A stretch of 31,382 nt of DNA from Nitrospiraceae bacterium (GCA_002726235.1 PBSN01000007.1:124001-155382), one strand, 5' to 3'. Counted from the first letter of the stretch, positions 1-10,932 are shown. Notes: generated from the letters alone by a model not told the origin. Program-made: numbers and translations.

Positions 1-52
<52 letters not shown>

Positions 53-119
53 TTTGTGGTCTCATTTCCTGCCATGAGGTGTGGTATTATAGGGCCCCTA
101 TGGGGTATTTACGTTAGAA

Positions 120-206
120 GGAGAGGTGCGAGAGTGGACGAATCGACGTGCTTGGAAAGCACGCGTGCTGGCAACGGCACCGTGGGTTCGAATCCCACCC
201 TCTCCG
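120..206 (+). tRNA. tRNA-Ser(GGA)
   Basis: GGAGAGG acceptor, anticodon arm CGTGC-TTGGAAA-GCACG, long variable arm GTGCTG-GCAA-CGGCAC, T-loop GGTTCGAATCC, discriminator G. Followed by CCG, so CCA is not encoded. Confidence 0.95.
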
Positions 207-234
207 CCGCCTGTTTAACCAAAAACCAGAGCTA

Positions 235-333
235 GGGCTGGGCCCTGTGCGACGAGCACCTGTGAACCCCGTGAGGTCCGGAAGGAAGCAGCGGTAAGCA
301 GGGATGTTTGGGTGCCGCAGGATCACCTGGCCC
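235..333 (+). ncRNA. ffs: Signal recognition particle RNA (small bacterial SRP, 4.5S)
   Basis: Domain IV signature AGGTCCGGAAGGAAGCAGC, terminal GGGCTGGG/CCTGGCCC pairing, and the usual position upstream of dnaX. Confidence 0.93.
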
Positions 334-347
334 TTTTCTTCCGAATT

Positions 348-2099
348 ATGAATTATCAAGTTTCTGCAAGAAAATGGCGACCGATGTCGTTTCCTGATGT
401 GATTGGCCAGGCTCATGTCGTGCAAACCCTTGTCCATGCGGTCGAAGGGAAACGTGTCGCCCACGCCTATTTGTTTTCAGGAATGAGGGGTGTTGGAAAG
501 ACAACGGTGGCGAGAATCCTGGCTAAGGCGATGAACTGTCACCAAGGTCCGACACCAACACCCTGTGCTGAATGTCAAAGCTGCGTCGAGATTGCAAATG
601 GACAGTCATTTGATGTCATGGAGATTGATGGTGCTTCGAATTCTGGGGTCGATGACGTACGGAGTCTCCGAGAGAATATCAAAATTGGGCCTGCAAAAGG
701 CGCACGCCGGGTGTATATCATTGATGAAGTGCACATGTTGACGACAAATGCATTCAATGCGCTACTGAAGACGCTTGAAGAACCTCCGGCACACGTCATT
801 TTTATTTTTGCGACAAGTGAACTGCATAAAATTCCGCTAACGATCCTCTCGCGTTGTCAACATTTTACTTTCCGTCGAATTCCTGTTCAGACCATTACCG
901 ATCATCTTCAACATATTGTGGCACAGGAAGCCATCACGATCAGTCCTCGTGGTCTTGAGATCACAGCAAAAGCCGCTGATGGGAGTTTGCGAGATGCATT
1001 GAGTTTACTTGATCAGATCGTTGCATTTGCCGGGCAGGAAGTCGCTGATCATCAAATTGATACTGTACTTGGGAATATTCCTCACGAACTTCGCCGGGAA
1101 ATGTTTCATGCTGTTGTGACCCGCGATCCGGCCAGAGCACTTGAGGTAGTGTGGGCAGTGGGAGATCAGGGAGGTGATCTTCATCGGTTTTTGGGAGACC
1201 TCGTTGAGGATGTTCGATCTCTCATCGTGCTGAAGATTTCTCCAAAGTCGCTGGGAAGGATTGATGTATCAGAGGGGTTGAATCGCGAAGCAGAAGAGGC
1301 CGTGAGGACATTAACTATTGATGACCTGCAGCGAGTCTTTGATATTTTGACTCAAGCTCAAGATCATCTCAAGCATACTGAGTTTCAAAATTATGTCTTG
1401 GAGATGGCGGTCATCAAAGTGTGCCAACTTGCGGCATCGGAGTCAGTATCTCACATGGATATGACCAATTGTGCAAAGGATCAAATAACCACGTCGCGTA
1501 CGCAGACCTCATTGGAGACACCCCAGGCAATAACGCGAGGACAGGTCTCGCGGACGACAAAGCCTTCGGTAGCTACTCGTCCGAAGTCCCAGCGTGTTAC
1601 TGCCCCCGGTTTCTCACGACCTATAGGTTCAAAGGCACCAGTCATTCCGAATGATAAAAAGACTACGCGTATGTCTACGCTGACGATTGATTGGACAGAG
1701 CTTGTAGAACGGGTTGGTGTGGAAAAACCAAACCTTGCGACGTATCTTGAAGCGGGTGTTCCAGTTAAGGTCGAAAACGGGATCATTCTGATTGCTTTTT
1801 CAGAGAATCGAGATATGTGTCGTGAGGTGATGGCACGTGACGACAATCAACAATATGTTCAGAATGTGTGTCGGTCGCTGTGTGGAAGTGAAGTCGAACT
1901 GAAGTTTGTTCGTCTTGCGAAATCTTCCGAGCCTGTGAAAACCATTGGAGAATTGGGTCAAGAAAAACATAAGAAACAAGCCCAGAATTTGCGCGATCGG
2001 ACCCTCGACCACCCCTCGGTGCGGATGGTGTTGGACGAGTTCGGAGGACAAATCCAGGACGTATGCGAGGATCGTGCGCAAGAAGGAGAGTCGCAATGA
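348..2099 (+). CDS. dnaX: DNA polymerase III subunit gamma/tau
   Basis: YQVSARKWRP, Walker A GMRGVGKT, Cys Zn motif, DEVHML, SRC. Start moved to ATG 348 because the ORF-track start lies inside ffs. Confidence 0.97.
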   Translation: MNYQVSARKWRPMSFPDVIGQAHVVQTLVHAVEGKRVAHAYLFSGMRGVGKTTVARILAKAMNCHQGPTPTPCAECQSCVEIANGQSFDVMEIDGASNSGVDDVRSLRENIKIGPAKGARRVYIIDEVHMLTTNAFNALLKTLEEPPAHVIFIFATSELHKIPLTILSRCQHFTFRRIPVQTITDHLQHIVAQEAITISPRGLEITAKAADGSLRDALSLLDQIVAFAGQEVADHQIDTVLGNIPHELRREMFHAVVTRDPARALEVVWAVGDQGGDLHRFLGDLVEDVRSLIVLKISPKSLGRIDVSEGLNREAEEAVRTLTIDDLQRVFDILTQAQDHLKHTEFQNYVLEMAVIKVCQLAASESVSHMDMTNCAKDQITTSRTQTSLETPQAITRGQVSRTTKPSVATRPKSQRVTAPGFSRPIGSKAPVIPNDKKTTRMSTLTIDWTELVERVGVEKPNLATYLEAGVPVKVENGIILIAFSENRDMCREVMARDDNQQYVQNVCRSLCGSEVELKFVRLAKSSEPVKTIGELGQEKHKKQAQNLRDRTLDHPSVRMVLDEFGGQIQDVCEDRAQEGESQ

Positions 2100-2422
2100 C
2101 GAAATCCCCATTTGGAAACTTAGGTGGAATGATGAAGCAGGCCCAGGCACTTCAAGATCAATTAGCGAAGTTGAAGGATGAGGTGTCACACAAGACCGTT
2201 ACGGCTTCTGCTGGGGGTGGAATGGTTGAAGCGACAGCCAACGGAGCCCAAGAGATTATTTCGATTCGGATCGATCCAGAGGTGATGAAGGCCCAGGATG
2301 TTGACATGCTTCAAGATCTAGTGATTTCTGTGACCAATGAAGCGTTGAGACAATCACGTGAACTTATGGCAGATGAACTTAAAGGTTTGACTGGAGGAAT
2401 CCAGATTCCAGGATTGTTTTAG
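2096..2422 (+). CDS. ybaB: YbaB/EbfC nucleoid-associated protein
   Basis: MMKQAQ, ASAGGGMVEATANG and LQDLV motifs. ATGA overlap with the dnaX stop; AAGGAG RBS. Confidence 0.95.
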   Translation: MTKSPFGNLGGMMKQAQALQDQLAKLKDEVSHKTVTASAGGGMVEATANGAQEIISIRIDPEVMKAQDVDMLQDLVISVTNEALRQSRELMADELKGLTGGIQIPGLF

Positions 2423-2440
2423 CGATAAAGGGTACGAAAC

Positions 2441-5400
2441 ATGAGTGCGTCATTGCCAATGCCAGGCTTCCCACCAAAACAAGGCCTATATGATCCGCAG
2501 TTTGAAAAGGATGCGTGCGGCATCGGTTTTGTTGCCAATATCAAAGGGGTTCGATCCCACGAGATCGTTAGGCAGGGGTTAGAAGTGCTTGCAAACTTAA
2601 CGCATCGCGGCGCGCAAGGCTGTGATCCGTATACAGGGGATGGGGCGGGAATTTTGCTCCAAATTCCACATGAGTTTTTTTCACGAGCCTGTGCTGATGT
2701 TGGAATTCGTCTCCCTAGAGTTGGAGAGTATGGGGTTGGAATGCTGTTTCTTCCCCAGGACCATGAGGCTCGTTGTCAGTGCGAGACCTTGATAGAACAG
2801 ATCATCAATGCGGAAGGGCAACGTTTGCTTGGATGGCGCGATGTGCCACTTAAAGAGAGTGGGATTGGTGAAGTAGCCCGTCAAACACAGCCTGCAATCC
2901 GCCAGGTTTTTATCGCACGCGGCGTACTAGATGAGGGGCAATTTGAACGGAAACTATATGTGATTCGTCGTTGTATTGAGAATAGCATTCGAGATTCAGC
3001 CATTCGAGAGAAACATGTCGTTTACATTCCAAGTTTCTCGTGCCGTACCGTGGTGTACAAAGGGCTTTTGCTTCCGTCTCAGCTTTCCGCCTTTTACCAA
3101 GATCTCGGTGACTCCTCACTGAGCAGTGCTATTGCAATGGTACATTCAAGGTTTAGCACGAATACTTTTCCAGCGTGGCATTTGGCACATCCCTATCGCT
3201 ACACCATACATAATGGTGAGATCAATACTCTCAAGGGTAATGTAAATTGGCTTCATGCGCGTCAAGGGCGTTTGCAATCGGACTTGTTTGGAGATGACCT
3301 TTCCAAATTGTATCCCTTGATTGATGGAACTCAGAGTGATTCTGCTAGTTTAGATAATGCCGTTGAATTTCTTGTGATGGGAGGACGGTCGCTGCCTCAT
3401 GTGATGATGATGCTCATTCCGGAGGCGTGGAGCGGTCATCCTCACATGGACTTAGAGCGAAGAGGATTCTATGAATATCATTCGGCAATGATGGAGCCGT
3501 GGGATGGTCCTGCGGCCGTAGCGTTTACCGATGGGACTATCGTGGGTGGAACTCTTGATCGTAACGGTCTTCGCCCCTGTCGGTATGTGATCACCCGAGA
3601 TGATGTTGTTGTGCTTGCGTCTGAAGCTGGCGTATTGCCATTTGACGCCGAAAGTATTCGAGTGAAGGGGCGACTGCAACCAGGAAAAATGTTTCTGGTT
3701 GACACTGGGCAGGGTCGAATTATCAATGATGAAGAGATCAAAACACAAATCGCACAGCAAAAACCGTATCGAAAGTGGGTGTTGACGCATCGGGTGTCGT
3801 TGGATGAGCTTCCGGAACCGATGAATGTGCCGCAGCCTGATCATGGCACGCTTCGGCAACGGCAACAGGTTTTTGGGTATACCGTGGAAGAGTTGAAGAT
3901 GGTGCTGACTCCCATGGCGGTGACGGGTCAGGAGGCGATAGGATCAATGGGGACAGACACTCCTCTTGCAGTCTTGTCTGATCGTCCACAACTCCTGTTC
4001 AAATACTTTAAACAGTTGTTTGCACAGGTGACGAATCCTCCAATTGATCCGATTCGCGAACAGTTGGTGATGTCACTGGTCACCAATGTTGGACCTAAGC
4101 CGAATCTTCTGGGGGAATCTCCAGAATCGTGTCATCGGATTCGGGTACAACAGCCTGTTCTTACCAATGCTGAACTTGCGAAAATTCGAGCATTGTCTGA
4201 TGGCTATTTCTGTGCTCGAACGCTTGATATGGTGTTCCCAGTCGCTGATGGTCCTGATGGGCTGGAGATAGCATTAGAGAAACTCTGTCAGGATGCGTCC
4301 AAAGGAATCCAAGATGGAATAAAGTTTCTTGTTCTCAGCGATCGCGGAATCAATGAGAAGTTGGCTCCAATTCCAAGCGTGCTGGCCATTGGTGCTGTTC
4401 ATCACCATCTCATTCGGCAACGGACACGCACGAATGTTGGATTGATTGTTGAAACTGGTGAACCACGAGACGTGCATCACTTTGCGATGTTGGTTGGGTA
4501 TGGTGCAGGGATGGTTAACCCATATTTAGTATTCGAGACCCTTGTTGACCTCGTTCGCGAAGGTTATCTCCCCAGCGAAATTGATGTTGAAACGGCAGCG
4601 TCAAAGTTTATCAAGGCGACTAATAAAGGGTTGCTGAAAATCTTTTCGAAGATGGGGATCTCGACCGTTCAGAGTTATTGTGGGGCTCAGATCTTCGAGG
4701 CGATAGGAATACATCACGACGTCATCGATCGTTATTTTACCGGAACGGCGTCACGCGTTGAGGGAGTTGGCCTTCGAGAAATTGCCAAAGAGTCGTTGCA
4801 ACGTCATGCGGTTGCCTATGCGCTAGGACCTATTCGACTTCTGGATTTTGGTGGAGAATATCACTACCGCGTGGACAGTGAACATCATAACTGGAATCCG
4901 GAGACGATCACAACTTTGCAACGTTCGACGCAACAAAATAGCTATCGTGATTACCAGGAATTCAGTCGGTTGGCCAATGACGAACAGAAACAGCGATCGA
5001 CATTGCGTGGGTTGTTCGAACTCAAGACCCTCTCAACTCCAATTCCACTTGACGAGGTTGAGCCTGCGACAGAGATCGTCAAACGTTTTACGACAGGAGC
5101 CATGTCGTTTGGGGCCATTAGCATTGAGGCGCACGAAACCCTTGCAATCGCAATGAATCGGATTGGTGGGAAGAGTAATACGGGTGAGGGAGGAGAGGAT
5201 TCGGAACGATTCATTCTTCTTCCGAACGGAGATTCGAAGAATAGCGCGATTAAACAGGTTGCGTCAGGACGGTTTGGTGTGACGGCAGAGTATTTAGTGA
5301 ACGCAAAGGAACTTCAGATCAAAATGGCGCAAGGGGCAAAGCCTGGTGAAGGCGGGCAGTTGCCTGGTCATAAGGTTGATGAGGTCATTGGACGTATTAG

Positions 5401-6994
5401 ATATTCGACTCCGGGGGTACAGCTCATCTCTCCCCCTCCTCACCACGACATTTATTCTATTGAAGACCTCGCGCAGCTTATTTTTGATCTCAAGAATGCA
5501 AATCCGTGGGCCGCTATCTCTGTAAAACTGGTTTCTGAAGTTGGTGTTGGGACAGTGGCTGCGGGTGTTTCCAAGGCCCATGCAGACAAAGTGCTTATTA
5601 GTGGGGACAGTGGAGGCACCGGTGCGTCGCCCATGTCGTCGATCAAATACGCGGGAATGCCGTGGGAATTGGGTTTAGCAGAAACGCATCAAACGTTAGT
5701 GCTGAATGACCTTCGTGGACGTATCCGTATCGAAACGGATGGGCAAATGCGGACTGGGCGTGACGTAGTCATCGCAACCCTTCTGGGGGCGGAGGAATTC
5801 GGATTTTCCACGGCACCACTGATTGTCGAGGGGTGTATCATGATGCGAAAGTGTCACCTCAACACGTGTCCGGTTGGTGTGGCTACTCAAGATCCTGAAT
5901 TGCGGAAAAAATTCAAAGGGAAACCAGAGTACGTCGTAAACTACTTCTTTTTTGTTGCGGAAGAAATACGCGAACTTATGGCGCAGCTTGGGTTTCGCAC
6001 CATGGGAGAAATGATTGGTCGGGTGGATAAGATTAGAGCGACCAACGCTGTTGACCACTGGAAGGCCAAGGGGCTGGATCTGAGCTCATTGCTTCATATG
6101 CCTGATGTGCCACCTGATGTGGCAACGCATTGTGTTCAGGATCAAGATCACGGTATCGAAGATTCGGTGGATTGGGAGGTGCTGAGGCGTGTCAAATCGG
6201 CAATAGATGACAAAACACCGATCGAGATTTCGATTCCGATTCGCAATACTCAACGGACGATTGGCACGATTCTTTCAAGTCATATTGCTAAGCAATATGG
6301 TGCTGATGGGCTTCCTGACGATACCATTCGAATTAGGTGTTACGGCTCCGCTGGACAGAGCTTCGGTGCATTTCTGAGTCGTGGAATCACTATGGTGATC
6401 GAAGGGGAATCAAATGATTATCTTGGCAAAGGACTTTCTGGGGGACGCATCATCGTTATGCCTCCCCAGGGGGTGACGTTTGTGCCGGAGGAGACGATTC
6501 TGATTGGAAATACAGCGCTGTATGGTGCGACAGCTGGGGAAGGATATTTCTATGGTACTGCAGGAGAACGCTTTGCGGTACGAAATAGTGGAGCCATTGC
6601 GGTGATTGAGGGAACTGGAGACCACGGGTGTGAGTATATGACTGGTGGACGTGTGGTTGTTCTTGGACGAACCGGGAGAAATTTTGCTGCAGGGATGAGT
6701 GGAGGGATTGCGTATGTGTTCAATGAAGACGGTTGTTTTGAACAGCGGTGCAACCTTGAACTTGTGGAACTGGAGCAGGTTGCTAGTGAGGATGATCAGC
6801 AAGAGTTGTTGGCACTGGTGACACAGCACCTGACGTTTACGGGAAGCCAAAAGGCAAAGTATCTTCTTGAACAGTGGGATCGTGTGCGTTCAAAGTTCGT
6901 CAAGGTCATGCCGATGGATTATAAGCGTGTGCTTGAGCAACGTAAGCGACAAGCCTCAGTTGCCGACATCAAGGCAGTGGGTACACATGGCTGA
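2441..6994 (+). CDS. gltB: Glutamate synthase large subunit
   Basis: EKDACGIGF (Cys1 after processing), HSRFSTNT, HNGEINT, QGAKPGEGGQLPG, CIMMRKCHLNTC Fe-S motif, GXGXG domain. Confidence 0.99.
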   Translation: MSASLPMPGFPPKQGLYDPQFEKDACGIGFVANIKGVRSHEIVRQGLEVLANLTHRGAQGCDPYTGDGAGILLQIPHEFFSRACADVGIRLPRVGEYGVGMLFLPQDHEARCQCETLIEQIINAEGQRLLGWRDVPLKESGIGEVARQTQPAIRQVFIARGVLDEGQFERKLYVIRRCIENSIRDSAIREKHVVYIPSFSCRTVVYKGLLLPSQLSAFYQDLGDSSLSSAIAMVHSRFSTNTFPAWHLAHPYRYTIHNGEINTLKGNVNWLHARQGRLQSDLFGDDLSKLYPLIDGTQSDSASLDNAVEFLVMGGRSLPHVMMMLIPEAWSGHPHMDLERRGFYEYHSAMMEPWDGPAAVAFTDGTIVGGTLDRNGLRPCRYVITRDDVVVLASEAGVLPFDAESIRVKGRLQPGKMFLVDTGQGRIINDEEIKTQIAQQKPYRKWVLTHRVSLDELPEPMNVPQPDHGTLRQRQQVFGYTVEELKMVLTPMAVTGQEAIGSMGTDTPLAVLSDRPQLLFKYFKQLFAQVTNPPIDPIREQLVMSLVTNVGPKPNLLGESPESCHRIRVQQPVLTNAELAKIRALSDGYFCARTLDMVFPVADGPDGLEIALEKLCQDASKGIQDGIKFLVLSDRGINEKLAPIPSVLAIGAVHHHLIRQRTRTNVGLIVETGEPRDVHHFAMLVGYGAGMVNPYLVFETLVDLVREGYLPSEIDVETAASKFIKATNKGLLKIFSKMGISTVQSYCGAQIFEAIGIHHDVIDRYFTGTASRVEGVGLREIAKESLQRHAVAYALGPIRLLDFGGEYHYRVDSEHHNWNPETITTLQRSTQQNSYRDYQEFSRLANDEQKQRSTLRGLFELKTLSTPIPLDEVEPATEIVKRFTTGAMSFGAISIEAHETLAIAMNRIGGKSNTGEGGEDSERFILLPNGDSKNSAIKQVASGRFGVTAEYLVNAKELQIKMAQGAKPGEGGQLPGHKVDEVIGRIRYSTPGVQLISPPPHHDIYSIEDLAQLIFDLKNANPWAAISVKLVSEVGVGTVAAGVSKAHADKVLISGDSGGTGASPMSSIKYAGMPWELGLAETHQTLVLNDLRGRIRIETDGQMRTGRDVVIATLLGAEEFGFSTAPLIVEGCIMMRKCHLNTCPVGVATQDPELRKKFKGKPEYVVNYFFFVAEEIRELMAQLGFRTMGEMIGRVDKIRATNAVDHWKAKGLDLSSLLHMPDVPPDVATHCVQDQDHGIEDSVDWEVLRRVKSAIDDKTPIEISIPIRNTQRTIGTILSSHIAKQYGADGLPDDTIRIRCYGSAGQSFGAFLSRGITMVIEGESNDYLGKGLSGGRIIVMPPQGVTFVPEETILIGNTALYGATAGEGYFYGTAGERFAVRNSGAIAVIEGTGDHGCEYMTGGRVVVLGRTGRNFAAGMSGGIAYVFNEDGCFEQRCNLELVELEQVASEDDQQELLALVTQHLTFTGSQKAKYLLEQWDRVRSKFVKVMPMDYKRVLEQRKRQASVADIKAVGTHG

Positions 6995-8432
6995 TCCTCG
7001 AGGATTTCTTAAGTTTTCTCGTGAAGAACCTATTCGACGCCCGATTGAGAATAGGGTTCATGATTGGTGTGAGCTATATGAACCAATGGGCGAAGAAAAG
7101 TTTAAGACTCAAGGCGTGCGGTGTATGGATTGCGGCGTGCCATTTTGCCAGAGCAAGACAGGATGTCCTGTGGGTAATCTCATCCCGGAATGGAACGATC
7201 TTGTTAATCGCGGTCGATGGCAGGATGCTATGAAAGCGTTGCATGCGACGAACAATTTTCCAGAATTTACCGGGCGTCTGTGTCCTGCGCCTTGCGAGTC
7301 ATCTTGCGTATTGGGTTTGATTGATCAACCAGTGACAATTCGACACATTGAGCAAGAGATCGTTGATCGTGGATTTTCGAATGGCTGGATCGTGCCGATT
7401 CGTCCGTTATCTCAAACTGGAAAGCGTGTAGCAATTGTCGGATCAGGACCTGCCGGTCTTGCTGCGGCGCAACAGCTCGTGCGAGCCGGTCACACTGTTA
7501 CGGTTTTTGAAAAGGCAGATAGAGTTGGTGGGTTGCTTCGATATGGGATTCCAGACTTTAAGATAGAAAAATGGGTATTGAATCGTCGTATTGACCAGCT
7601 GCAGGCGGAAGGCGTGATGTTCCAGGTGGATATCGATGTGGGGCGTACAATTTCTGTTGCGACGTTAAAGAAAGAATTTGATGCCGTGTGTTTGGCTGGT
7701 GGTGCGATGGTGGCCCGTGATTTACATATTCCAGGACGCGAATTTGCTGGGGTGCATCTGGCTATGGAATACTTGACTCAGCAGAATCGCCTTAATCAAG
7801 GAGATGATTTTGCTCTGGGTGATCTTATCACGGCGAAAGATAAGCGCGTTGTGGTCATTGGGGGTGGAGACACAGGGTCGGATTGTGTAGGAACTGCCCA
7901 CCGCCAAGGCGCCAAAGATGTCTATCAGTATGAGTTGCTGCCGGAGCCGCCACCAAATCGTGATTCCTCAACACCATGGCCTCAATGGCCAATGAAATTG
8001 AGGACATCCCATGCGCACGAGGAGGGTTGCAATCGTGAGTGGAGTGTCTCGACGACGCATCTTGGTAGTATAAACGACGCGGTCTCGATGCTTCATGCGT
8101 GCCGTGTTGAATTCAAACCGGATGAAAGTGGTCGCCCACAGATGATTGCAATATCTGGAAGCGAATTTGAGATTGGCGTAGACCTAGTGTTACTCGCCAT
8201 GGGGTTCATTCATCCCGAGCGCAACGGCTTGCTTGCTGATCTTGGAGTTACACTTGATTCGCGTGGCAATGTTGCCGTTGATGAGCAATATATGACGAGC
8301 GTTTCTGGAGTGTTTGCGGCGGGAGACATGAAACGAGGCGCGTCTCTTATCGTGTGGGCAATTGCCGAAGGGCGCAAAGCTGCTGCGAATATTGATGCGT
8401 TTTTACGGGAAGGGCGTACGTGTTCATCATAA
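6987..8432 (+). CDS. gltD: Glutamate synthase small subunit
   Basis: MADPRGF start, RCMDCGVPFC, GRLCPAPCE, GSGPAG, GGGDTGSDC. Overlaps the end of gltB. Confidence 0.98.
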   Translation: MADPRGFLKFSREEPIRRPIENRVHDWCELYEPMGEEKFKTQGVRCMDCGVPFCQSKTGCPVGNLIPEWNDLVNRGRWQDAMKALHATNNFPEFTGRLCPAPCESSCVLGLIDQPVTIRHIEQEIVDRGFSNGWIVPIRPLSQTGKRVAIVGSGPAGLAAAQQLVRAGHTVTVFEKADRVGGLLRYGIPDFKIEKWVLNRRIDQLQAEGVMFQVDIDVGRTISVATLKKEFDAVCLAGGAMVARDLHIPGREFAGVHLAMEYLTQQNRLNQGDDFALGDLITAKDKRVVVIGGGDTGSDCVGTAHRQGAKDVYQYELLPEPPPNRDSSTPWPQWPMKLRTSHAHEEGCNREWSVSTTHLGSINDAVSMLHACRVEFKPDESGRPQMIAISGSEFEIGVDLVLLAMGFIHPERNGLLADLGVTLDSRGNVAVDEQYMTSVSGVFAAGDMKRGASLIVWAIAEGRKAAANIDAFLREGRTCSS

Positions 8433-8539
8433 TGAAAGTGGAATGAGTGATATCTCCTAGGGTCTTGAAGAGTGACTCCTGAGTATTGATAGACTAACAA
8501 CGTAAGTATCAACCTTCGAACCTTCCACACAGTGAGTCC

Positions 8540-8983
8540 GTGACGCATCAGATTTTTTCCTACGGAACTCTTGCTATTCCACACGTCATGGACGCCTTAA
8601 CCGGGAGTATTCCCCCTACGGTTCCGGCACATGTGACCTCTTATGCGAGTTTTCTGCTCAAAGGCAAACCGTATCCCGGTATGTGCAGGCGCGAGGGTGT
8701 GGTAACGTCTGGACTCCTCTATCTCAATGTCGACGAGAAGTCTTTGCGTGTGATAGATGCGTTTGAGGATGACATTTATGTAAGAGAATCTATTGGGGTG
8801 ATGATGGAATCTGGAGCGCTCACAAATGCATGGGCATATCTCGTTCTAGAGGAATATGAGGAGCGACTTGGCGTGGAGTGTTGGGATCAAGATGTTTTTT
8901 TAGACAAGCATGGCGAGAGCTATATTGCGATGTGCGCACGAGTGCACGATGATTTTTTTCACAAGCAAGGTTGGAAGGTATAG
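8540..8983 (+). CDS. Gamma-glutamylcyclotransferase (AIG2-like) family protein
   Basis: FSYGTL N-terminal motif, YPG, IDAFE...Y.R, AWAY. Confidence 0.85.
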   Translation: MTHQIFSYGTLAIPHVMDALTGSIPPTVPAHVTSYASFLLKGKPYPGMCRREGVVTSGLLYLNVDEKSLRVIDAFEDDIYVRESIGVMMESGALTNAWAYLVLEEYEERLGVECWDQDVFLDKHGESYIAMCARVHDDFFHKQGWKV

Positions 8984-8985
8984 CG

Positions 8986-9942
8986 ATGAGTGCAGAAGCT
9001 CAGTTTCCTGACGAACAGTTTCTGGAAGGGGAATTCAAGCGACAGGATGATGTGTTTCGGGAATGGGTGACCGCTGATGGATCGTCGGGATATCCGGCTG
9101 AAGGTGGCCGCTACCATTTGTATGTGTCGTTAGCATGTCCGTGGGCTCATCTCACCATTATCGTTCGTAAGCTTAAGGGATTGGAGAAAGTCATTGGCAT
9201 GTCGATACTCGATCCAATTCGTGATAGCCGAGGATGGGCGTTTCGAGATGGTGATGGCCATTCCAAGGATCCCATAAATGGGTTTGAATTTCTTAGTCAC
9301 GCTTATAATGCGACAGACCCTAGCTACGCTAAGCGCGTAACCGTTCCGGTTCTTTGGGACAGAGTGACGAATCGAATTGTCAGTAACTCGGAAGACGATA
9401 TCATGCGAATGTTCGATCACGAATTTGGGCAACTCACTACCTGCGATCTAGTTCTTTATCCGGAAAATTTGAGGGAAGAGATTGAAGCTCTCAGCAACAC
9501 CATATATGAGAGCGTGAATGATGGGGTTTACCGTGCGGGGTTTGCAACGTCACAGGGTGTGTATGAGCGCGCCGTCAACCAACTGTTTCAAACGCTTGAC
9601 ATGATTGAGTCCCGTTTGTCGACACAGCGGTATCTCTTCGGCTCGTGTATTGTCGAGACTGATTGGCGACTCTTCGTTACGCTCATTCGTTTTGACCCAG
9701 TTTATCATGGACACTTCAAATGCAATTTTCGCCGAATTATCGACTACCAAAATCTTTTCGGGTACCTCAAGGATCTGTATCAAGTAGATGGTATAGCAGA
9801 AACCGTGAACTTTGATCATATCAAACATCACTATTATATGACGCACGATAATATCAATCCCACGCGCCTTGTTCCTATCGGACCGTATCAAGATCTTCAC
9901 GCACCGCATGGGCGTGATTCTTTGGGGCAACCTGTGCGATGA
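8986..9942 (+). CDS. yqjG: Glutathionyl-hydroquinone reductase (YqjG/ECM4-type GST)
   Basis: RYHLYVSLACPWAH, RVTVPVLWD, VNDGVYRAGFA, TLIRFDPVY.HFKCN, INPT. Confidence 0.92.
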   Translation: MSAEAQFPDEQFLEGEFKRQDDVFREWVTADGSSGYPAEGGRYHLYVSLACPWAHLTIIVRKLKGLEKVIGMSILDPIRDSRGWAFRDGDGHSKDPINGFEFLSHAYNATDPSYAKRVTVPVLWDRVTNRIVSNSEDDIMRMFDHEFGQLTTCDLVLYPENLREEIEALSNTIYESVNDGVYRAGFATSQGVYERAVNQLFQTLDMIESRLSTQRYLFGSCIVETDWRLFVTLIRFDPVYHGHFKCNFRRIIDYQNLFGYLKDLYQVDGIAETVNFDHIKHHYYMTHDNINPTRLVPIGPYQDLHAPHGRDSLGQPVR

Positions 9943-10925
9943 AATCATATGGATCGAAAATCATCTCCGTGTGTTGCATTTTTTCGTTGGCGTTTATAAT
10001 GGGGCATGGTGGGTCATATGCAAGTGACTCCATGATATCGATTTCACAGGAACGTTGGAAAATACAACACAGTGGGACGACTGCCAATCTTGCCAGTGTG
10101 GTGTTTGTCGATCGGGAGCAGGGGTGGGCGGTAGGGGAAGGTGGAACCATTATTCATACCACTGACGGAGGAAATAATTGGGTCGCCCAAACGAGCGGGA
10201 TGAGTACAAATCTGATGAGCGTAGATTTTGTCGATGAGAATCATGGGTGGGTAGTTGGAGATCACATGACGCTTCTTGCAACGATCGATGGTGGGCATCT
10301 CTGGACATCCCTCTTTGAGCCAAAGACTGGGGCGATTCTTGGTGTTGATTTTGTGAATGAACGTCATGGATGGGCCGTGGGGACATTTAATCATGTTCTG
10401 CATACTATTGATGGAGGTACCACTTGGACTGAGCAAACGGTTTCAGATGTACATTGGATCATTGCCGTTAAATTTTTGAATCCACTGCAAGGGTGGGTTG
10501 CAAGTGTAGGGGGGCAAGTGTTTCGAACCATTGATGGTGGAACTAGATGGGAGCCTATTGAGATGGTGTGGTATGCACTTGATGGAATTCCTGTGAGGGT
10601 CAATGGATTAGAGTTTGTCGATCATGCGCGTGGGTGGGCAAGTGGCGAGCGCGGCATGATTGCTACCACCTCGGATGGTGGAACCAGTTGGACATTCCAA
10701 GATTCCGACACACGTGTGGCAATTACCAGCGTCGATTTTTTGAACCGTGATCTCGGGTGGGGAGTTGGAATGCAAGGAACGCTGATACATACGCGTGATG
10801 GAGGGAACACTTGGATGTATGATGGACCTGTAACCGATCAGGATCTCTGGAGTCTCTTCTTTCTTACACCGTTACGTGGATGGGCAGTGGGGGAGAAAGG
10901 AACCATCCTTCAGTTTCGTGATTAA
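9939..10925 (+). CDS. Secreted YCF48-like beta-propeller (Asp-box/BNR repeats)
   Basis: Signal-like N-terminus; six GWxVG...TxDGGxxW repeats. Confidence 0.88.
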   Translation: MKSYGSKIISVCCIFSLAFIMGHGGSYASDSMISISQERWKIQHSGTTANLASVVFVDREQGWAVGEGGTIIHTTDGGNNWVAQTSGMSTNLMSVDFVDENHGWVVGDHMTLLATIDGGHLWTSLFEPKTGAILGVDFVNERHGWAVGTFNHVLHTIDGGTTWTEQTVSDVHWIIAVKFLNPLQGWVASVGGQVFRTIDGGTRWEPIEMVWYALDGIPVRVNGLEFVDHARGWASGERGMIATTSDGGTSWTFQDSDTRVAITSVDFLNRDLGWGVGMQGTLIHTRDGGNTWMYDGPVTDQDLWSLFFLTPLRGWAVGEKGTILQFRD

Positions 10926-10932
10926 CATTGAT

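Noticed and set aside
1650..1665. Possible dnaX -1 frameshift site (TAAAAAG)
   Set aside because: Only five As rather than the A-AAA-AAG heptamer, and no clear stimulatory hairpin.
2681..8584. Many antisense or alternate-frame ORFs within gltBD
   Set aside because: Shadow ORFs of conserved genes with no recognisable motifs.
10040..10920. Periodic GATGG(A/T)GG repeats resembling an array
   Set aside because: They encode the Asp-box repeats of the propeller protein; not CRISPR.
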